A stretch of DNA of 64,000 nt from Paragordius varius (GCA_964247055.1 OZ176057.1:3720001-3784000), one strand, 5' to 3'. Counted from the first letter of the stretch, positions 1 through 14,489 are shown. The notes: a model not told the origin generated them from the sequence alone. Translations and numbers: made by a program.

Positions 1-3000
1 AGTGACTCACATGACAAAAGCAAAATCTCAGCCTTTAATTTTAACAGTCAATCTTTGGGTGCAAAACGAGCAATCTCTGATGACGCACGGAATCAAAATT
101 TGGAATCAGAGCCAGAAACTTCGTTTAAATATGCCTTAAACAAAGCTCAAATAAATGCCGGTACTAATATTGTTGGGAAACTCATACCAGTTGAGGATAA
201 TGGAAGAAATTCTTTGCAATCGGGCGAAAAAGGGGTAGAAAAGCCCAAATCTGGGACTTTACAAATGTTCTATGGTGCTAAGCGAAAGAAAATAAAGTTA
301 CCACCCCCATCCAAAAAACGGATAAAAATTAAAAAAGTTATTGTTAAAAAGGTAGGTCAGTGACACGGTTATTTTATCTTAATCCATATAAATGGAAAAA
401 AATTATTTTGACATTAAGTTAAGTTGTACCTCTTTTTTAGCGCAATATCTACTCGCAATTTCGTAATATTGTATGCATGCTAATAATCTTCTATAGCTAC
501 TGTAGGTCACAACACACTGATTTAAAAATTATATATTGCAAACATATATGATTTTGCCATTTGTTTTACAGGTTAGGGTCAAAAAAGTGCGTGTCAAACC
601 GGTTAAAGTTGTCGTGTTTAAGCCAAAGAAATTACCTCCCCCCAAAAAAGTACGATTTGCTCCAATCGTGGTTAAGAAACCGCCACCACCCATAAAAATC
701 CGAAAAATTCCGGTGATCAAAAAACGACCCCCGCCCAAAAAGAAGAAAGCAATATTGGTTCGACCACCCATTAAACATTTTGTGGAAGGAAATGACCAAG
801 GAGAGACATTAGATACCGAAATATCGGGCCTTAAAAATTCCGAAAATCATAAAACAGTTTTGATCGAGGAGAAGAAGGATTCAGAACTCGAGAAAGATTC
901 TGAAAGTATGCATCAAAGTAGGAAACGAAGGCATATATATTTGAGAGATTTAGTTCAAAGGCTTCAACAAACTAACGAAAACTCATCAACCAACTCTGTC
1001 CATGGAGATAACAAATTTGCCAAAATATACCAAGATAATCATGATAATGCATATGAAATGTTACCCGAAAATGATATAAGTGTTGCTAAAACAAATGAAA
1101 AAAGTAACAATATGATACTATACAGCCAGGAAAAATCTGTCCATTGTAACGTGAATGGATTAAAAATGTGTGCTCGAAATTTCGTTTATGACATAGTTAA
1201 TGCCACTAATATTACCAGATATCAATTCTGTCGGTATACACAAATATTGTATGTTAAAACAGGGGTGTCCAACACAAATGGTCAAGGGGGCGGCAGTTTA
1301 GCCTCCAAAATCTCCCACGGGTCGCATTTAAAAAATATATGGGCATTAACAAAATTTTAAACATAACACAGTAAAAAAATTTACAAATCCAATAAAACTA
1401 CCACCATTTATAAAAACAGTTTTTGTTACTTCATTGCCAAAATATGTTTAAGACATATCAAATTAACATAGATTTTTTGTATATTAACGTTTTTTAATTT
1501 CTCAAATTTTGTATTTGGTATATTTTTTAAATTTCCCCCAGGCTTCCGAGATATATTTTGAATGATCGCTTGTTGGACACCTCTCCTGCATTAAAATCAA
1601 AAAAGAATTTTGTAAAAATTTGTTATAAACCTTTTATTTCGTGTACATCTTAGTGGCTACGATAATTTAAAAGAATGTATGCAGGAACAAGTCAGCAAAT
1701 GTGGGGAGAAAGCGATGAAGGCTTACAAACGAAAATTGGAAGAAAAATTGCATTATGACTTTGAATGTGCAACGTATAAGGCTGGAAAAACGTAATTTTG
1801 TTTAGCTAATATGGATTTGGTTCTTGTAAACCAAAAAAATCCTATTTATAAAAATACACGTTTTTTTAAGTTGGCGCATTTTTTATGCGGATAATAGAAA
1901 AATGTTTTTTATGCCACCTTTAATGTTGACTATGTTAGTATTTAAACATTACAAAAAGTATCAATTTTTACGGCATAACAGTATTTATAACCTAATTTTT
2001 AGCATATATCCATTTACAGTTTAAACCTTGAGCAATTCGAATTCATTGAAGAATTCAAATTCACCCTAAAATAAAAAAGTGTTTTTTAAGTTTAAAAATT
2101 ACCTTTATTTTTTAATGTCTTTAAAATGTGAAATTTAAAATTAATATAATGCTGAAAAAATAATAAACTATGTGGTAAAATTTTTTTCACATTAATGATG
2201 AGTTATATTAGCCCGAAAACAGAATTTGAATTCGCGGGTGAATTTTAATTGTTCAAGTGTAAATTTGAATTGTATATATTATATATATATATATAATATA
2301 TATAAATATCATTTTGCACTAATTTCACAGTGGACATAACAATCTCTAAAATAATAAATACATTATATTTTATTTTCAAATTCCAAATTGATTTATTAAC
2401 ATGTACATCTTTTTTCATACATACACATGTAGGGACACGAATGCAAAATGCCATTTAGCCGCCATATTTTGTAGTTATCGATATCACATTCACAATTACC
2501 TTAAAAGCTTTTTATCCTGGGAACATAAACCCCTTTCTTGCGCGTAAAATTCCTAAAATTTTATTGATTAATGATAAAACTGTAGAAAAGACTGATATTT
2601 TCCATAAAAAACCATGCCATTAATTTTCTACTTATCGCTGCGGGAATAGAGTGATGTAAATTGGTTGGATAAAATTCAATTTCATTTCACATTTGTAATA
2701 TTTTAGATGATTATTTTTTTATCACAAGGGCTAAAAAAACATTCTATTCTTTATGAATATAATGTTTTAACTTATACTTTTTTATTATAAACACAAATTT
2801 GCGAACGTTTACAAAAACATTAATTATATAATAATTAGGGCTTGGACAAACTATGCAAGATGCCTTAAGAACACCGCCCAAACATTTTGTAGAGATAAGG
2901 CAGTTCCCACGTTCAACGCGTACGCCAGGAAAGCTTTAAAAAAAGTTGGTTTTTATTTACTTACCCTACTTTGAAATACTTTTTGAATCAATTATTGCTG

Positions 3001-3927
3001 AAAGATATTAACTAATAGTTTTTAATCGAAAAATACGACGGGCCGCATTTGCGAAATATATTGGAATTAACAAATTTTTTTATAAGATTTAAAACAGGAG
3101 AATGTAAACACTACAATTTATTTAGACATATTTTACTAGTTCATTGTCTAAATTTGGAAGGACGTATTCAGATAATTTCTTTAAGAAAATCATTTTTACT
3201 TAACTTTTATAAAATTTTGTATTTGAAAATCTAGCGAGCCGAAAAATATTTTAGAGAACCGCGTGTTGGAGACCCCTGGTTTACAGTATCCATAAATGCT
3301 GCATTTTTTTTTGTTTTTTGCGTTTAAAAAAAACTTAGAGATGGGTCGTGAGTGAGATTTAGTATCCTTAAAATCCCCTCATTTTTAAATTTCTGCACAT
3401 TAATATTGGACGATTCGCATTATTGGTCAGTAGCGTATGAGATAAAACGTATTTTGTCCTAATTAAATAAACATATTAAATGTTGTAAGATGGGAGAATT
3501 GCAATTTTAACATTTTATGTTTTTTTACCCATACGTTACTGTATGGCTAATTGGACAAAAATAAATGTGTATTGACCAACACATTAATGTGCACTCTATA
3601 TATAGTAAAAATTGTTATACGGACAAAACGTAAAAAACAATAATTTTTCAAAAGGCAACTATACTTTTTTAAACCTTAATTTTTCCTCTCATCATTAATT
3701 ACAATGGTAAAATACATAATTGATTGTGTTACCAAACAATAAAAAGTTATATAAAAAAACAAGTATTAAAAGTATGATTGTCTTTTAATAAAATTTTATT
3801 TTTGCATTTTGTCCATATAATTTTAATTTTTACTGGATATTTTTAAACATTTTTAACACCATATTATTCCTAATGATATTTTTATTTTTAGGCCAAAAGA
3901 ACCTGTGAAAGTGCTTATAAAATTTGA
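1..3927 (+). CDS. 5'-truncated multi-exon gene: Lys/Pro/Val-rich low-complexity region plus two tandem 6-Cys domains (probably a secreted or structural protein)
   Basis: Frame is open from base 1. Model join(<1..351,572..1233,1654..1791,2433..2543,2839..2944,3892..3927): all introns are GT-AG and phases match (0,2,2,2,0). Repeat 1 is HC-x7-C-x19-C(R|G)YDNLKEC-x7-C-x21-C; repeat 2 is KC-x6-C-x22-C(A|A)WTNYARC-x8-C-x22-C, ending AKRTCESAYKI*. An alternative phase-2 donor exists at 1249, but 1234 preserves the C3-C4 spacing of 8. Confidence 0.75.
1260..1588. mobile_element. hAT-type MITE (CAGGGGTGTCCAAC termini) in intron of gene 1
   Basis: Left end caggggtgtccaacac, right end tgttggacacctctcctg; flanks tgttaaaa / cattaaaa form a degenerate 8-bp TSD. 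Related ends occur at ~3030-3278, ~12153, 35195 and 58421-58670. Confidence 0.7.
2005..2276. mobile_element. MITE family A copy (21-bp ACAATTCAAATTCACCCTTGA subterminal repeats)
   Basis: Starts atatccatttacag and shares the family core and inverted GGGTGAATTTGAATTG repeats. Confidence 0.65.
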
Positions 3928-5103
3928 AAGAGAATTTGTCCACAAATTAATTTAATGTTTATATGTATATATAAATAAATCAATAAATTTGCTATAATTT
4001 TCTGACAATTATATAATTAATGATAGATTATTTTATCAAAAATATTTTAAAAAATTTAACAACTTAATTACGAATTGATTTGTGTTTATTAAATTAAAAT
4101 TATCTCAAACACCGGTAACTGCATTGTTTTTGGAAAAATTTGTGATATAAAACTTCTCACTTCATGCAGCAAAAATATCTTATAAAATTTAAATAATATT
4201 TCATTTTGGAGTGTTTTTAAGAGGGGTAAAATTGTTTTTAAAAATAAAAAATTATTTTGATTAAACATATAAATGTCAGACATTTTTTAAGTAAACAAAA
4301 ACAATTTTTAGACCATTAGAATCACAGTTTAACATTTATAAAAAATTAAATCCATTTTTTAATTATAAGCTTTCATGTTTTAAAGGAATACCAAAAAAAA
4401 TTAATGAAAAATAAAACGATTTTTTATTCCATTTTTAAAAATATATTTTGAATAATGCACCTCTATTTAAATATGAATATGTATCTGTTTTATCAGACCT
4501 AGGATCCGAACATTTTCAAGGTATTATATTATCGAATTCCAATAAAGTTTTTGTAGCCCTGCAATAACGCGATTCAATTAATATTTTGAAGAAATTAAAA
4601 AATTTAAAAGTTATTATTAAAATTAGGTTTCTGTAACACCACAATAAACAATTTATCCTTAAAATGTAGTCTCTGAGTAAAAAGCTTGGTAAAATTCCCG
4701 AATTATGTCGTCATTCATTATAGTATCGAGTTCACTTAACAGTATGTCATTTACTTTGGGATAATATATATATATATATATATATAATTATTAAATACAA
4801 TGAAATCCAAAAATATTTTCTAAAAATCTGAGAACTAACATCAAAGCTTTTTTGCATAATTCCTGGATACGATAGTGTTTGTGATATATATATGTATTGC
4901 ATTGGCACATAGAATTTAAGTAAATATCGGATGAAAAATACTTCATGAAAATATTCGAATACAAATCTAAATGAAACTGTTCACGAATTCGGATTTATAC
5001 AATTGTACCGCAAAAACTCGCATAGGGCTAAACTAAAGATAACCTGCCCAACGCATATAATTTACTAACGAGCTTTATCGTTTTAGCGGATGTATGTATG
5101 ATG

Positions 5104-8100
5104 CTAATTTTGGAATCGTTTATCGAAATATATTGTCACCAAAACGATTAACATGAAAAATATGATTTCTAGCGTCGGACAAGCCTCAATCAAGACATCC
5201 ACATTGATTCGGGCATGTGACCTTATGTTTTCTAGGTGCTGTCGCAAAGTAATCACTATGATACAGGGTATTTGGCACGAGACATATATCACAAAATAAA
5301 TGAGAGATTGTACGTTTCGCAATGTATCTTCATCGATAAACATTCTATGGTCAAAATATAGATATACAAGAAAAAATGTGTTTCCATTATTTAATAGACC
5401 ATATATAAAATAAAACGACCTACCGGTCATAGTTTGTAATTTTTATCCTAATCTATCCATGGGTTCGCTTTGAAAATGAGTTTTTACCTACGGGACTTAC
5501 CTAAGTCATTTAATTAAGGGGAAAATTTTCTATCCTACACTTATAAAGATTAATTTCTAGTCAATTAATTATTGTTTACATCAACCAAAAGCTATGTTTT
5601 TTAAATTTAATTACAATTCCACACAAAAAATTTCGTGAATATATATATAGAGATATATATATAAATTTTGATAGATATAGGTATTACCGATCTCATTTTT
5701 CCTCGCTAAAATGTATCATAACATAAATTATATATTAGAGAAGCAAGACGATATTTTAAAATTTTAAGTTTTATATGTGTACCCTCTAAAAGTCTTAGTT
5801 TACAGACCTGATTGAGTTTGGTAAAACTTTTTGAAGAAAGCGCTTAAATACCGATATGCGTGATAAACTTTCAAATAAATGTTAACGATTGAAATCGTAA
5901 AAACTTCTTTTCTGAAAGCGTATGTCTAAAATATTTAATAGACCATTTAATTCAAATACATCCTTAAACAATTCAAATTCACTCTCGTATAATTCAAATT
6001 CACCCTCGAACAATTCAAATTCACCCTAAAAATTAATTATATGTTTTTGGGCTAATATAACTCATCTTTAAATGAAATATATCTTAATGGCATTGTTTAT
6101 TATTTTTTCAGTATTTTAATTTTAAAAACAATTTCATTTTTTAAAGAATATAAAAATATAAGTAATCGACACTTGATTTTTTTAGGGTGGGAATTTGAAT
6201 TTTTCAAGGGTTAATTTCAATTGTTCAAGGGTGACTTTGAACTGTAAATGGTATATATGACAAATTTTGATGATGCGACTTTTATGTACTATTTTGAAGC
6301 ATGGTCGATGGAAACGGTATATAAATACGCTTTAGGGTATTATAGATACAATTTTTCTTAATATGTCGATGAAGCTAAACAGCTTCTATCACCTCAGATT
6401 TTATTTTAATTTTGGGCGAGTTCTTGTGAAAAAAACATTAATATTTTACATAAATTTAAAAACCAAAATATATTTTAATCAAAATCCTTAGGTAACACAA
6501 ATGTTCAGTATGAATTATGTGGATAAAAGTTATAATTATATTTAAATGGCATATTTATCATTTTCCATCATTCCTCATAATGGTTTGAATCCGCTTAAGC
6601 GAAAATTAAATAAAAATTAATTAAGGGCAAAATATCCATTTATTCGGAAAAAACTTTCTTAATGTCAAAATTTAACATATTTATAAAATTTTTATCCTCA
6701 ATCCCGGCCCTTTTGCTTTATTTTGAGAATTGCCTATTTTGCATGGATTCAAAATTTCAGACTGTATTGGCGCTGATGTAAAATTCAACTTTATTGAAAA
6801 AAAATGTTTTACATTTTATATGTTGTTTATGATATATTTGTATTTTTTAAAATCAAGCATTATTACCAAAAAAATATATTTAATAAAATGTGCGTAAATT
6901 TTGCCATTTTCTGATATGGAGCAGTTACCACAAAAGCCATATTAACTTTCTTATATCCCTCGTAGGCAACCAAAGCATCATGATAATACTGATACATTTT
7001 TCTATCAGAATATATATTAATCAAGATATCTTTTTATACCCCCCGATTTCGAACGCAATGTTATGCTAGATTGTGATATCCAAAAAAATTATTTTTGAAA
7101 AAATGATATTTTATATATATTTAATTATTAGTGAAATTTTGTTGGATCGAACTTTATGCTATCTTTAAACAGAATGGAAACGGTATAAAATCCCTTAATA
7201 TAGAAGCTTTTTCCATATAATTCCAGGTTGCTAAACATTATTATTATCGGAGAAGTTTAATTTAAATGTTGGTTTGATATCAAAAACGAATCTGATGTAA
7301 AACAAATTTACACTAAAATAAATTTGAAGGCGATCGATCAAATTTTTAATGTTTTGAGGTGAGAGAAATGATCAACATTGAATGATATAGTATTTTAATA
7401 CATCCTAAAGGCTGTATGCGCTTTCCATCCAGTCAAAACATGAAGTATGCTTCAGAGAAATATTATTGAAAGAAATTATGCAATTTTTACATTTTTGTAT
7501 GTCATAAGCAAGCATATGTTAAAAAAAATATCGCGAAAACTCGGCATTTATTTGAAAAGAACCCAAAGGGCTAACATTCGACTTTCGGAGGCCAATCTAA
7601 AAATAAATATTTTATTAAAATATTGTTTTTCTATTAAGATATAGTATATCATATATTTTCATGATATATTATAAAGAATCAGTGCATATAGTTTTATCTA
7701 TTTCTTAAAATCAAAAGCATCTAACCTGAGGATTCTGATACATTTATATTTCAGAATAATATATATATCGCCCATGTGGTGCACAGACACGTTTAATGGT
7801 CATAAGAGTCTTAAGTTTCCACATAGAGTATAATTAAACAAAAAGTATCAACACTTTTTGGTAATGAGTTCTATGGACATAAGACTCTAGCAGAGCTGGG
7901 ATGTGTTTTCAATTAATATTTGAGCATGTATATGTCTAAAAATAAATTTATCCTGTTTCTAATACTCTTACGAAGTAATTGCTTCCTACTAATATTTTTG
8001 GTCAATTTTGCCATAAAAAAAGAATTAGTTCTGAGACATAAGTTATAGATCGTTATGGCGCATTTATAAGACAATAAAAATATTTTTTTTGAATGGATCA

Positions 8101-8236
8101 AAATAGATTTAATTAATACAATATCTTTTGAGTGAATATTACCAAATATGTGTCTCGAACACATTAACAATGGTTTTTAAAACATAAGGTTTTTACCTAC
8201 TTTTAATTTACGATAAGCCTAATAGTTGCCCTTAAA

Positions 8237-8293
<57 letters not shown>

Positions 8294-9433
8294 AATATAC
8301 CTTATCCTAAACGAGCGCCAAGTATAGTTAGTTTGAGGAGATGTTTGACCGACGCTTTCACAGTTATTTGATGATAAAGGTTCAGCCCTATTATAATATA
8401 CTGAGCCCGATTGCTTATTTGAGTTACGCATTTTATAACTTTGTTGCTTTTGTTGTTTACCCGAGAGTGTGCGAACGAAACTTCGATTACGGTGAAACCG
8501 TAGGAGTCCATTTGTTATGTAAATCGATAATACCAATATTCCAATGCCAGGAATTACGGATAAAAGTATTTCACGTATAATGTCATAGTAGTAGAGTTGT
8601 AGGGATTCATGCAATTTATATTTGTAATACACGGTTGTATAAGAACAAGTCGAGACACTCACATTGGGAAAGGATTTCGCTTTAACATTCGTTGGTTGAT
8701 TGAAAGAATATTGTTTGCAGGATCTGACTTCATACCAAAAATAACTGGAAAAACTTATGAGCAGAGCTGTACCCCAATACAAAAGTGGTAGGTGAATCCC
8801 ACGTTTTTGATATTCGGCATCACGATAACGTAAAGGATACTTCAATGATTGATAACGGTTTAGGAGAAGTAAGAGAAGAGAAAATGCCCCAGTTTTTGCA
8901 GAAGCGAGCATAAATATGAGTTGAAATCGAGATGTCCACGTTATCCAATGTCGATTTGGGCTAAAAGGACTAACTTGAAAGCTTATAATTTTATCAGCCA
9001 CATACAATCCATAAAACAAAGTGGTGATGAAACCAAACGCAATTATATACATCAAGTACATATTGTACTTTAGGTTAGTAGGCGAAGAAAACTTCAGTTT
9101 TACGGGTATCAAAATGTTTGATGTATTTATAGCACGCTGGAGTTTTGGAATTAATGGATTGCTCGTTATTGAGTCTGTTGTTTCCGAATTTTTTCCACGA
9201 TCCGTAAATTTAATATTTGATGTACCTGCCCGATTATTTCTATAATTTTTTTGACTGTATAGGAGGAAGATCCAGGCTATGTGTAAGCTAACACTCAAAA
9301 CGAATGTAAAGGTATATATTGTAAGTAAGGATATAGTCTTGTAATTGTATCTATGAACTATGTATCGCCTCAAATATTTGTGCTGTTCAAGTATACTCGA
9401 ACAATTGGGCAACATATCATCAATAGTTGCCAT
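5104..9433 (-). CDS. Divergent class A (rhodopsin-like) orphan GPCR, 2 exons, ~457 aa
   Basis: complement(join(5104..5344,8301..9433)) with a phase-2 GT-AG intron: ag|gtatat at 8300 and ccatag| at 5345. Exon 1 carries five hydrophobic segments, with TM3 ending LLLLNRYQSLKYP (DRY-like). Exon 2 supplies TM6 (LIYFVIYVSCQIP, CWxP-like) and TM7 plus FDKRFQN*. Confidence 0.8.
5939..6255. mobile_element. MITE family A copy in GPCR intron
   Basis: Tandem acaattcaaattcacc units at left, inverted units at right, terminal ctgtaaatggtata. Confidence 0.75.
8244..8289. repeat. (TA)n microsatellite
   Basis: About 23 TA units starting ~10 nt inside the GPCR intron; this explains the YIYIYI tail of the raw ORF. 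Confidence 0.95.
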
Positions 9434-10446
9434 TATGTTTTACGGCGTGATATAATTTATTAAAGAAAAGGTGAAACCTATAAATTTTTAAATTTGAAGG
9501 TGATATAATAGGAGGTTATTGTTTATAGAAATTAAAAATTATTTATATATTTATATACATAATGTAAAGAAACGAAAAAACAATATAGAAAAATTAATTT
9601 AAAATCAATAAAATTTGAAACATACATATTTAGTATTTTTTATACGGTATCGTCTTTGATGTTTACATTTTTACCCATTTAATAATTCATAAGATCTCCC
9701 CACAATACTATTATTATAAATAATATAAATCAATCACCTCATAGATACTCTTTAACTTGGAACTTTTAGGTAAAAGCTTTAAAGTTAATGATTTTTATGC
9801 TGTGAATATAAAATAAAAACCGTAAAAAAATTAAACGCTCTCATTAATATTAATTTTGTGGATAAATATTTTAAATAATATTAATAATAATAAGTATTAA
9901 ATCTAAATTTGCATCATTCAATTGTTAAAGAGATTAAAAATATTTATAATTAAAATTTACATTCCAATGTATGCCGAAACAGTTTTTTAAAATCCTTGGG
10001 CGTTTTATAAAAATTATATGTAAACTATAAGCAATCTAATCATGCCAAAATTTGAAATAAAGCACAAACTTTTAAACATTTTGAGGTGGGGTCTAAACAA
10101 AAAAAGCTTGTATAGTCTGATTTTTATGGATATAATTTTCTGGCTCCGATAGAAATTTATTAAATCTCTGCATTATGAAGAATATGCCAGGAAATATTGG
10201 ATTGAATTTATTAATGCCTAATAAATATCATAAAAAAGATTGGTTGTTTTCATATTGTAAAATTAATTAGCTCATACCCATGGGATAATATTATTTATAT
10301 ATGCAAGGTTATTGCAAACTTTCTTAATTACACATTTGCTGTCATATTTTTAAAGAATAACAGTATCAATGGTATTGTGTAAAATTTGTATTAAAATTTA
10401 TATAAATTAAAATTTATCAAACAAGGGCATGCAAAATAAATGGTTT

Positions 10447-10481
<35 letters not shown>

Positions 10482-10620
10482 TAACAATGGATGTCGCGAT
10501 TTTTTGCAAATTACATATGCATATGTATGATGAAATTTAAAATGTTAATTAACACACCTCAGTTAATCCTTTACGATTTTCGTACTGTTATTGGCTTACT
10601 TACAAGTTCAATATATTATA

Positions 10621-10801
10621 TACAGTATGCATAAATGATTGATTATTTCACACTATAGTAGGGCACTTTACAACACAGGACTGTTTGAAAAAAAGAGAAG
10701 AAATAATTGTTTATTCAACATTTTGTTGTTTTTTCCATACACTCCTATGTTGCGATTGCCCTACGATTGCGTGAAAAAAGCAACCATTAAAATGCATACT
10801 G
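10621..10801. mobile_element. Palindromic MITE family C (ACAGTATGCAT...ATGCATACTGT)
   Basis: Long imperfect inverted arms including ctatagtagggca / tgccctac. Related copies at ~18680-18730, 49155-49290, and a split copy at 59612-59679 plus 63803-63912. Confidence 0.7.
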
Positions 10802-11460
10802 TTGTAATATTATAAATGATGTTTCCTACTCCTTAAAATATTTCAGCCTCAATGTCACATTGTTTCAAAATTATACTTGGTGATATGATAAAGTTATTGT
10901 TTACATAGAGTGTATATATTTTAGATTTTAAAATATAATCTATTCCATACTTAGACCATATATTGACAAAGTATAATAAATATGGGTGTTATCTAAATAT
11001 TTATATAAGAAATTGGCTAAATTTTAAATTTTAGGTTATTCTTATTATGATCGATAAACCATGGATGGGGGAAGGTGGAGGTACTTTATTACACTTATTT
11101 ACAAATTTTGAAATACTATGGTTTATTTTTATTTTTGCAGTAAAAATTGAAATTCTACGGACAAAACGTAAAAATACAAAGACAATATTTTTTTCTAAAA
11201 GACAACCATACTTTTTATATCTTTATTTTTATTATATAACTGATTGTTTTGAACAGTATAAATAGAGTTGAAATTGGTAACAAATCAATTATGTATTCTA
11301 CATAAATGATTTTTATACGATTTAAAAGTATGGTTGTCGTTTTCTACATTTTTTGTCTTTTATTATTAAATTTTGTCAATAAAATTTTAATTTTTACTGA
11401 AAAAGTAAAAGTTATAGACAAAAAATAAAAAAAACAGAAGTTAGTATATATAAATATATA

Positions 11461-11465
11461 CATAC

Positions 11466-11520
<55 letters not shown>
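11461..11520. repeat. (CATA)n/(TA)n microsatellite
   Basis: Directly visible; abuts the element starting at 11521. Confidence 0.95.
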
Positions 11521-11521
<1 letters not shown>

Positions 11522-11905
11522 TAGCGTAAATTTTGTGCTGCTACGCAGCCCAAGGAAATCATTCGGGCTTCTGGGGGAGGGGGGGGGTTGAAAAAGGGAC
11601 AATAAAATGATTCATTGAAAAAGCGAGACGACTATGTTCGGCGCAATCGAAAATAAGTAAAAATCAAATTTGAAATCGATGGTCCAACACGTTCTTCGGA
11701 AAATTGTCTCAAAGACACGATTTTTATGGACTTCAGTTTTCAAAAAAAACCGTTTTTTACACTGGGTGGGCCCGAACTGGGGGCCAAAAAAGGGCGAAGC
11801 GATTGTCGGGGCATTCATTAATGATTATATTTTTTAGATATTTGGATTTGAATGGGTTTACCGGTTTTCCGGAAACAGATCACTAAGCCAGCATTTTCCA
11901 TTTTT
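11521..11905 (+). mobile_element. Non-autonomous dispersed repeat, possibly Helitron-like
   Basis: Begins CTAGCGTAAAT after a TA run; 11570-11905 is the reverse-complement homologue of 60352-60690. No TIR or TSD seen, so the Helitron assignment is inference only. Confidence 0.5.
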
Positions 11906-14489
11906 ATTAATATATGGATTCAATAAACAAATTTTAAACTTGGCATATTCTTTAGACTCTATAACAACAGGTACTTAACCGCGACCTTAAAATGTCTTTT
12001 GATGATTTAAATTATTTTTACTAAATTTTTGGATACACTTTTTTGCAAGTATAAATATCTGTACATTTTTATAGTCTTAGATGGTATATCGTTGTAAATA
12101 AAAATAGTTTTTAGGCCCTTTAAAAAATTTTAATGCGTTCCATTGGCCCCTACCAGATGTGTTCAACATGAATGCTTTCGCGGGCCGCATTTTCTCAAAA
12201 ATAGGCGGGTCGGTCCGTATGGAAAAATTACTAATTTTCCATCTTGGAATTGTAAAAAAATACGGTCACGATATAACTAATTTTGTTAATTTTTGTTTAT
12301 TTCGTTGGGAAAATTGCAAAAGATATATTGATTGACGCTACATTCTTGAAAATAAATCGACAAGTTATTATGCTTATCTTTAAAATTAATCTCGATGTTA
12401 TCTATACCATATATAGTAAATTATATTACCTGGCAATTTCTTAAATTATAAAATCTAATATTTATTATTTTTTTCTATTTTGGGGGCTGTAAAAAGATTT
12501 TTGAGGCCCGCATGATGCTGACCTATACGATTAAAAATATGGAACATATTAAATATATTACGTCATATATTACGAATACAAATCACTCCCTTTATTTCAC
12601 GCAAAACGATAAAATTTTAAATAAAAATTGGTTGTGTTTATAAGATATTCATAGTTTTTCTAGTGGTTTTGGTTCATATTTTAACTGCAGTTTTGAAAAA
12701 TGCGAATAAATAATTTATGAAAGAAGCGTGTCCATAATATATATATATATATAAATTAATTTTGCTTCTGGTTCAAGGACTCTTTAATATAAATTCTTAT
12801 AATGTTTGCAAATTTAATGTTAAATGGTGTAAAAGTTAAAGATCACCCTTGAATGATATCCGAAATCCCAAACTTAACGTTATTTATTTTGATAAATGTA
12901 GGCCTAATCGTGTTCGTACGCTGTTAAAACGAACTTCAAATATGAACTAATGGTTTCAATACAAAATTTACAAAAGTGCTGAAATAGTAATTGTTGTTAA
13001 ATAAGTATTTGATCATATTTGATAAACGAATTTTTATCATAAAATTACATAAATTGAAGTATTATTCAAATCCAAATTTAATAAAATATATTCCAATATC
13101 AAGTGTGAAAACGTCAAAGTTTTGTTAACCAGACAATCAAATGGACCCAAAAAATAATGATACGGTACTTAAACCTCTGCCCATTGGCCGCATGCGGTAC
13201 TAAAAGTGCTTTTTATGGCCCTGAACTATGTAAAAACTTTTTTGTGTATTTGTTTTGAGTATAAATATCTGCAAATAGGTCAAACAGAGCTATGAAATAT
13301 TTATTGATAAATATATGGTGCAAAGCCCTCGAGACAATATAAAAATTTTAAACAAGCAAATCAATAAATTGGGTAGCATTCTCGCTTGTTTAGACGTTCA
13401 TCAAATGTTTCATATGAATTTTTTATTCACGAACCACGTGTAATATTTTTAATAAAATAAATATTCTGATGATGTGTATAAGAATGGTTTTACCGTTCAA
13501 ATATGAATTTAACAAATTAAATATTTTTATATATTTTATCATCGGGCAGGTATGATTTCAATATATTGTTATTACAAACTATTTGATTCAATCGGGCCTC
13601 GGGCATATTCCAATTTTTTACTATAAAGGTTTTAATATTATTTTGAGTCTTGTTTTATGCGAAAAAAGCAATCTTTGATATAAAAATTTAACCGTTTATG
13701 CTCTGAAAATACAAAAATATCCTAAAATTTAATCGTCTACAAAAAGATGATGGAATGTTTAGTACAGTACAATGACTAAAATTGTGGTTATATATATTTT
13801 TAGATTATATTTATTACATATTAAATATATGAATGACCTCTGATAAATGCGTAGCATGGATATGGTTATTTTTATATAATATATATTTATTTTAAATTTT
13901 TGTTGTTTTAATGTTTTTATATATTTTTATATCGCTACATTGTTGGTTAATTGGAATAAATTGTAGAGTGTATGAAGGTATAATAACGCTGTTTAATTTT
14001 AATTAAGTTTTTTTTAAATCATAATTTATTTAAATATACCGGTTCCCATTTAAAAGTGCAATAATTTTAAAATACAATTTTTGTTTTGTTGTCATCAGTA
14101 CAAAATAATTGGTGATATTTATTTATTTCATATAGAAATCAAATAAAAGAACGGATCCTCTTTTTAAATATTATTTTTGAAATCTGTGATTACAATTAAT
14201 TATATGATACTATGATATGCCCAAGTATTTGATATGTAAAAATTTTGTAAAGAATATGGAAACCTCGTGTCTCAAATTTCTGTTGTCTTTTTTAAAATCA
14301 TAAAAATCAAAACTTTTATGTTTAAAGAAGAACTAGTGTTGACTGGTCAAAAATAGCCACACGATTTATATAAATAAAATAAAACAATAAAAGCACCACA
14401 AATATTCAATTGATTAGTCAACCACACTTTCCTTTTCAAATTAAATTGTTTAAACTTTATTCACACTTGTGTCTTTAATCCCTTTAAAC

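Noticed and set aside
529-771. Minus-strand 80-aa Gly/Phe-rich ORF
   Set aside because: Antisense shadow of the Pro/Lys-rich plus-strand exon.
1234-1360. C-terminal part of the 274-aa ORF
   Set aside because: Runs through a donor into the hAT MITE at 1260; it is intronic.
2490-2553. Minus-strand exon-like segment (EFYAQERGLCSQDKKLL)
   Set aside because: Overlaps the plus-strand exon 2433-2543, which fits the Cys repeat and both splice phases.
8302-9245. Small ORFs overlapping the GPCR exon
   Set aside because: Alternate-frame or antisense by-products of a long coding exon.
11612-11886. ORFs of 60-68 aa (also 60355-60594 and 63671-63961)
   Set aside because: They lie within dispersed repeats or transposon termini and have no protein-like motifs.
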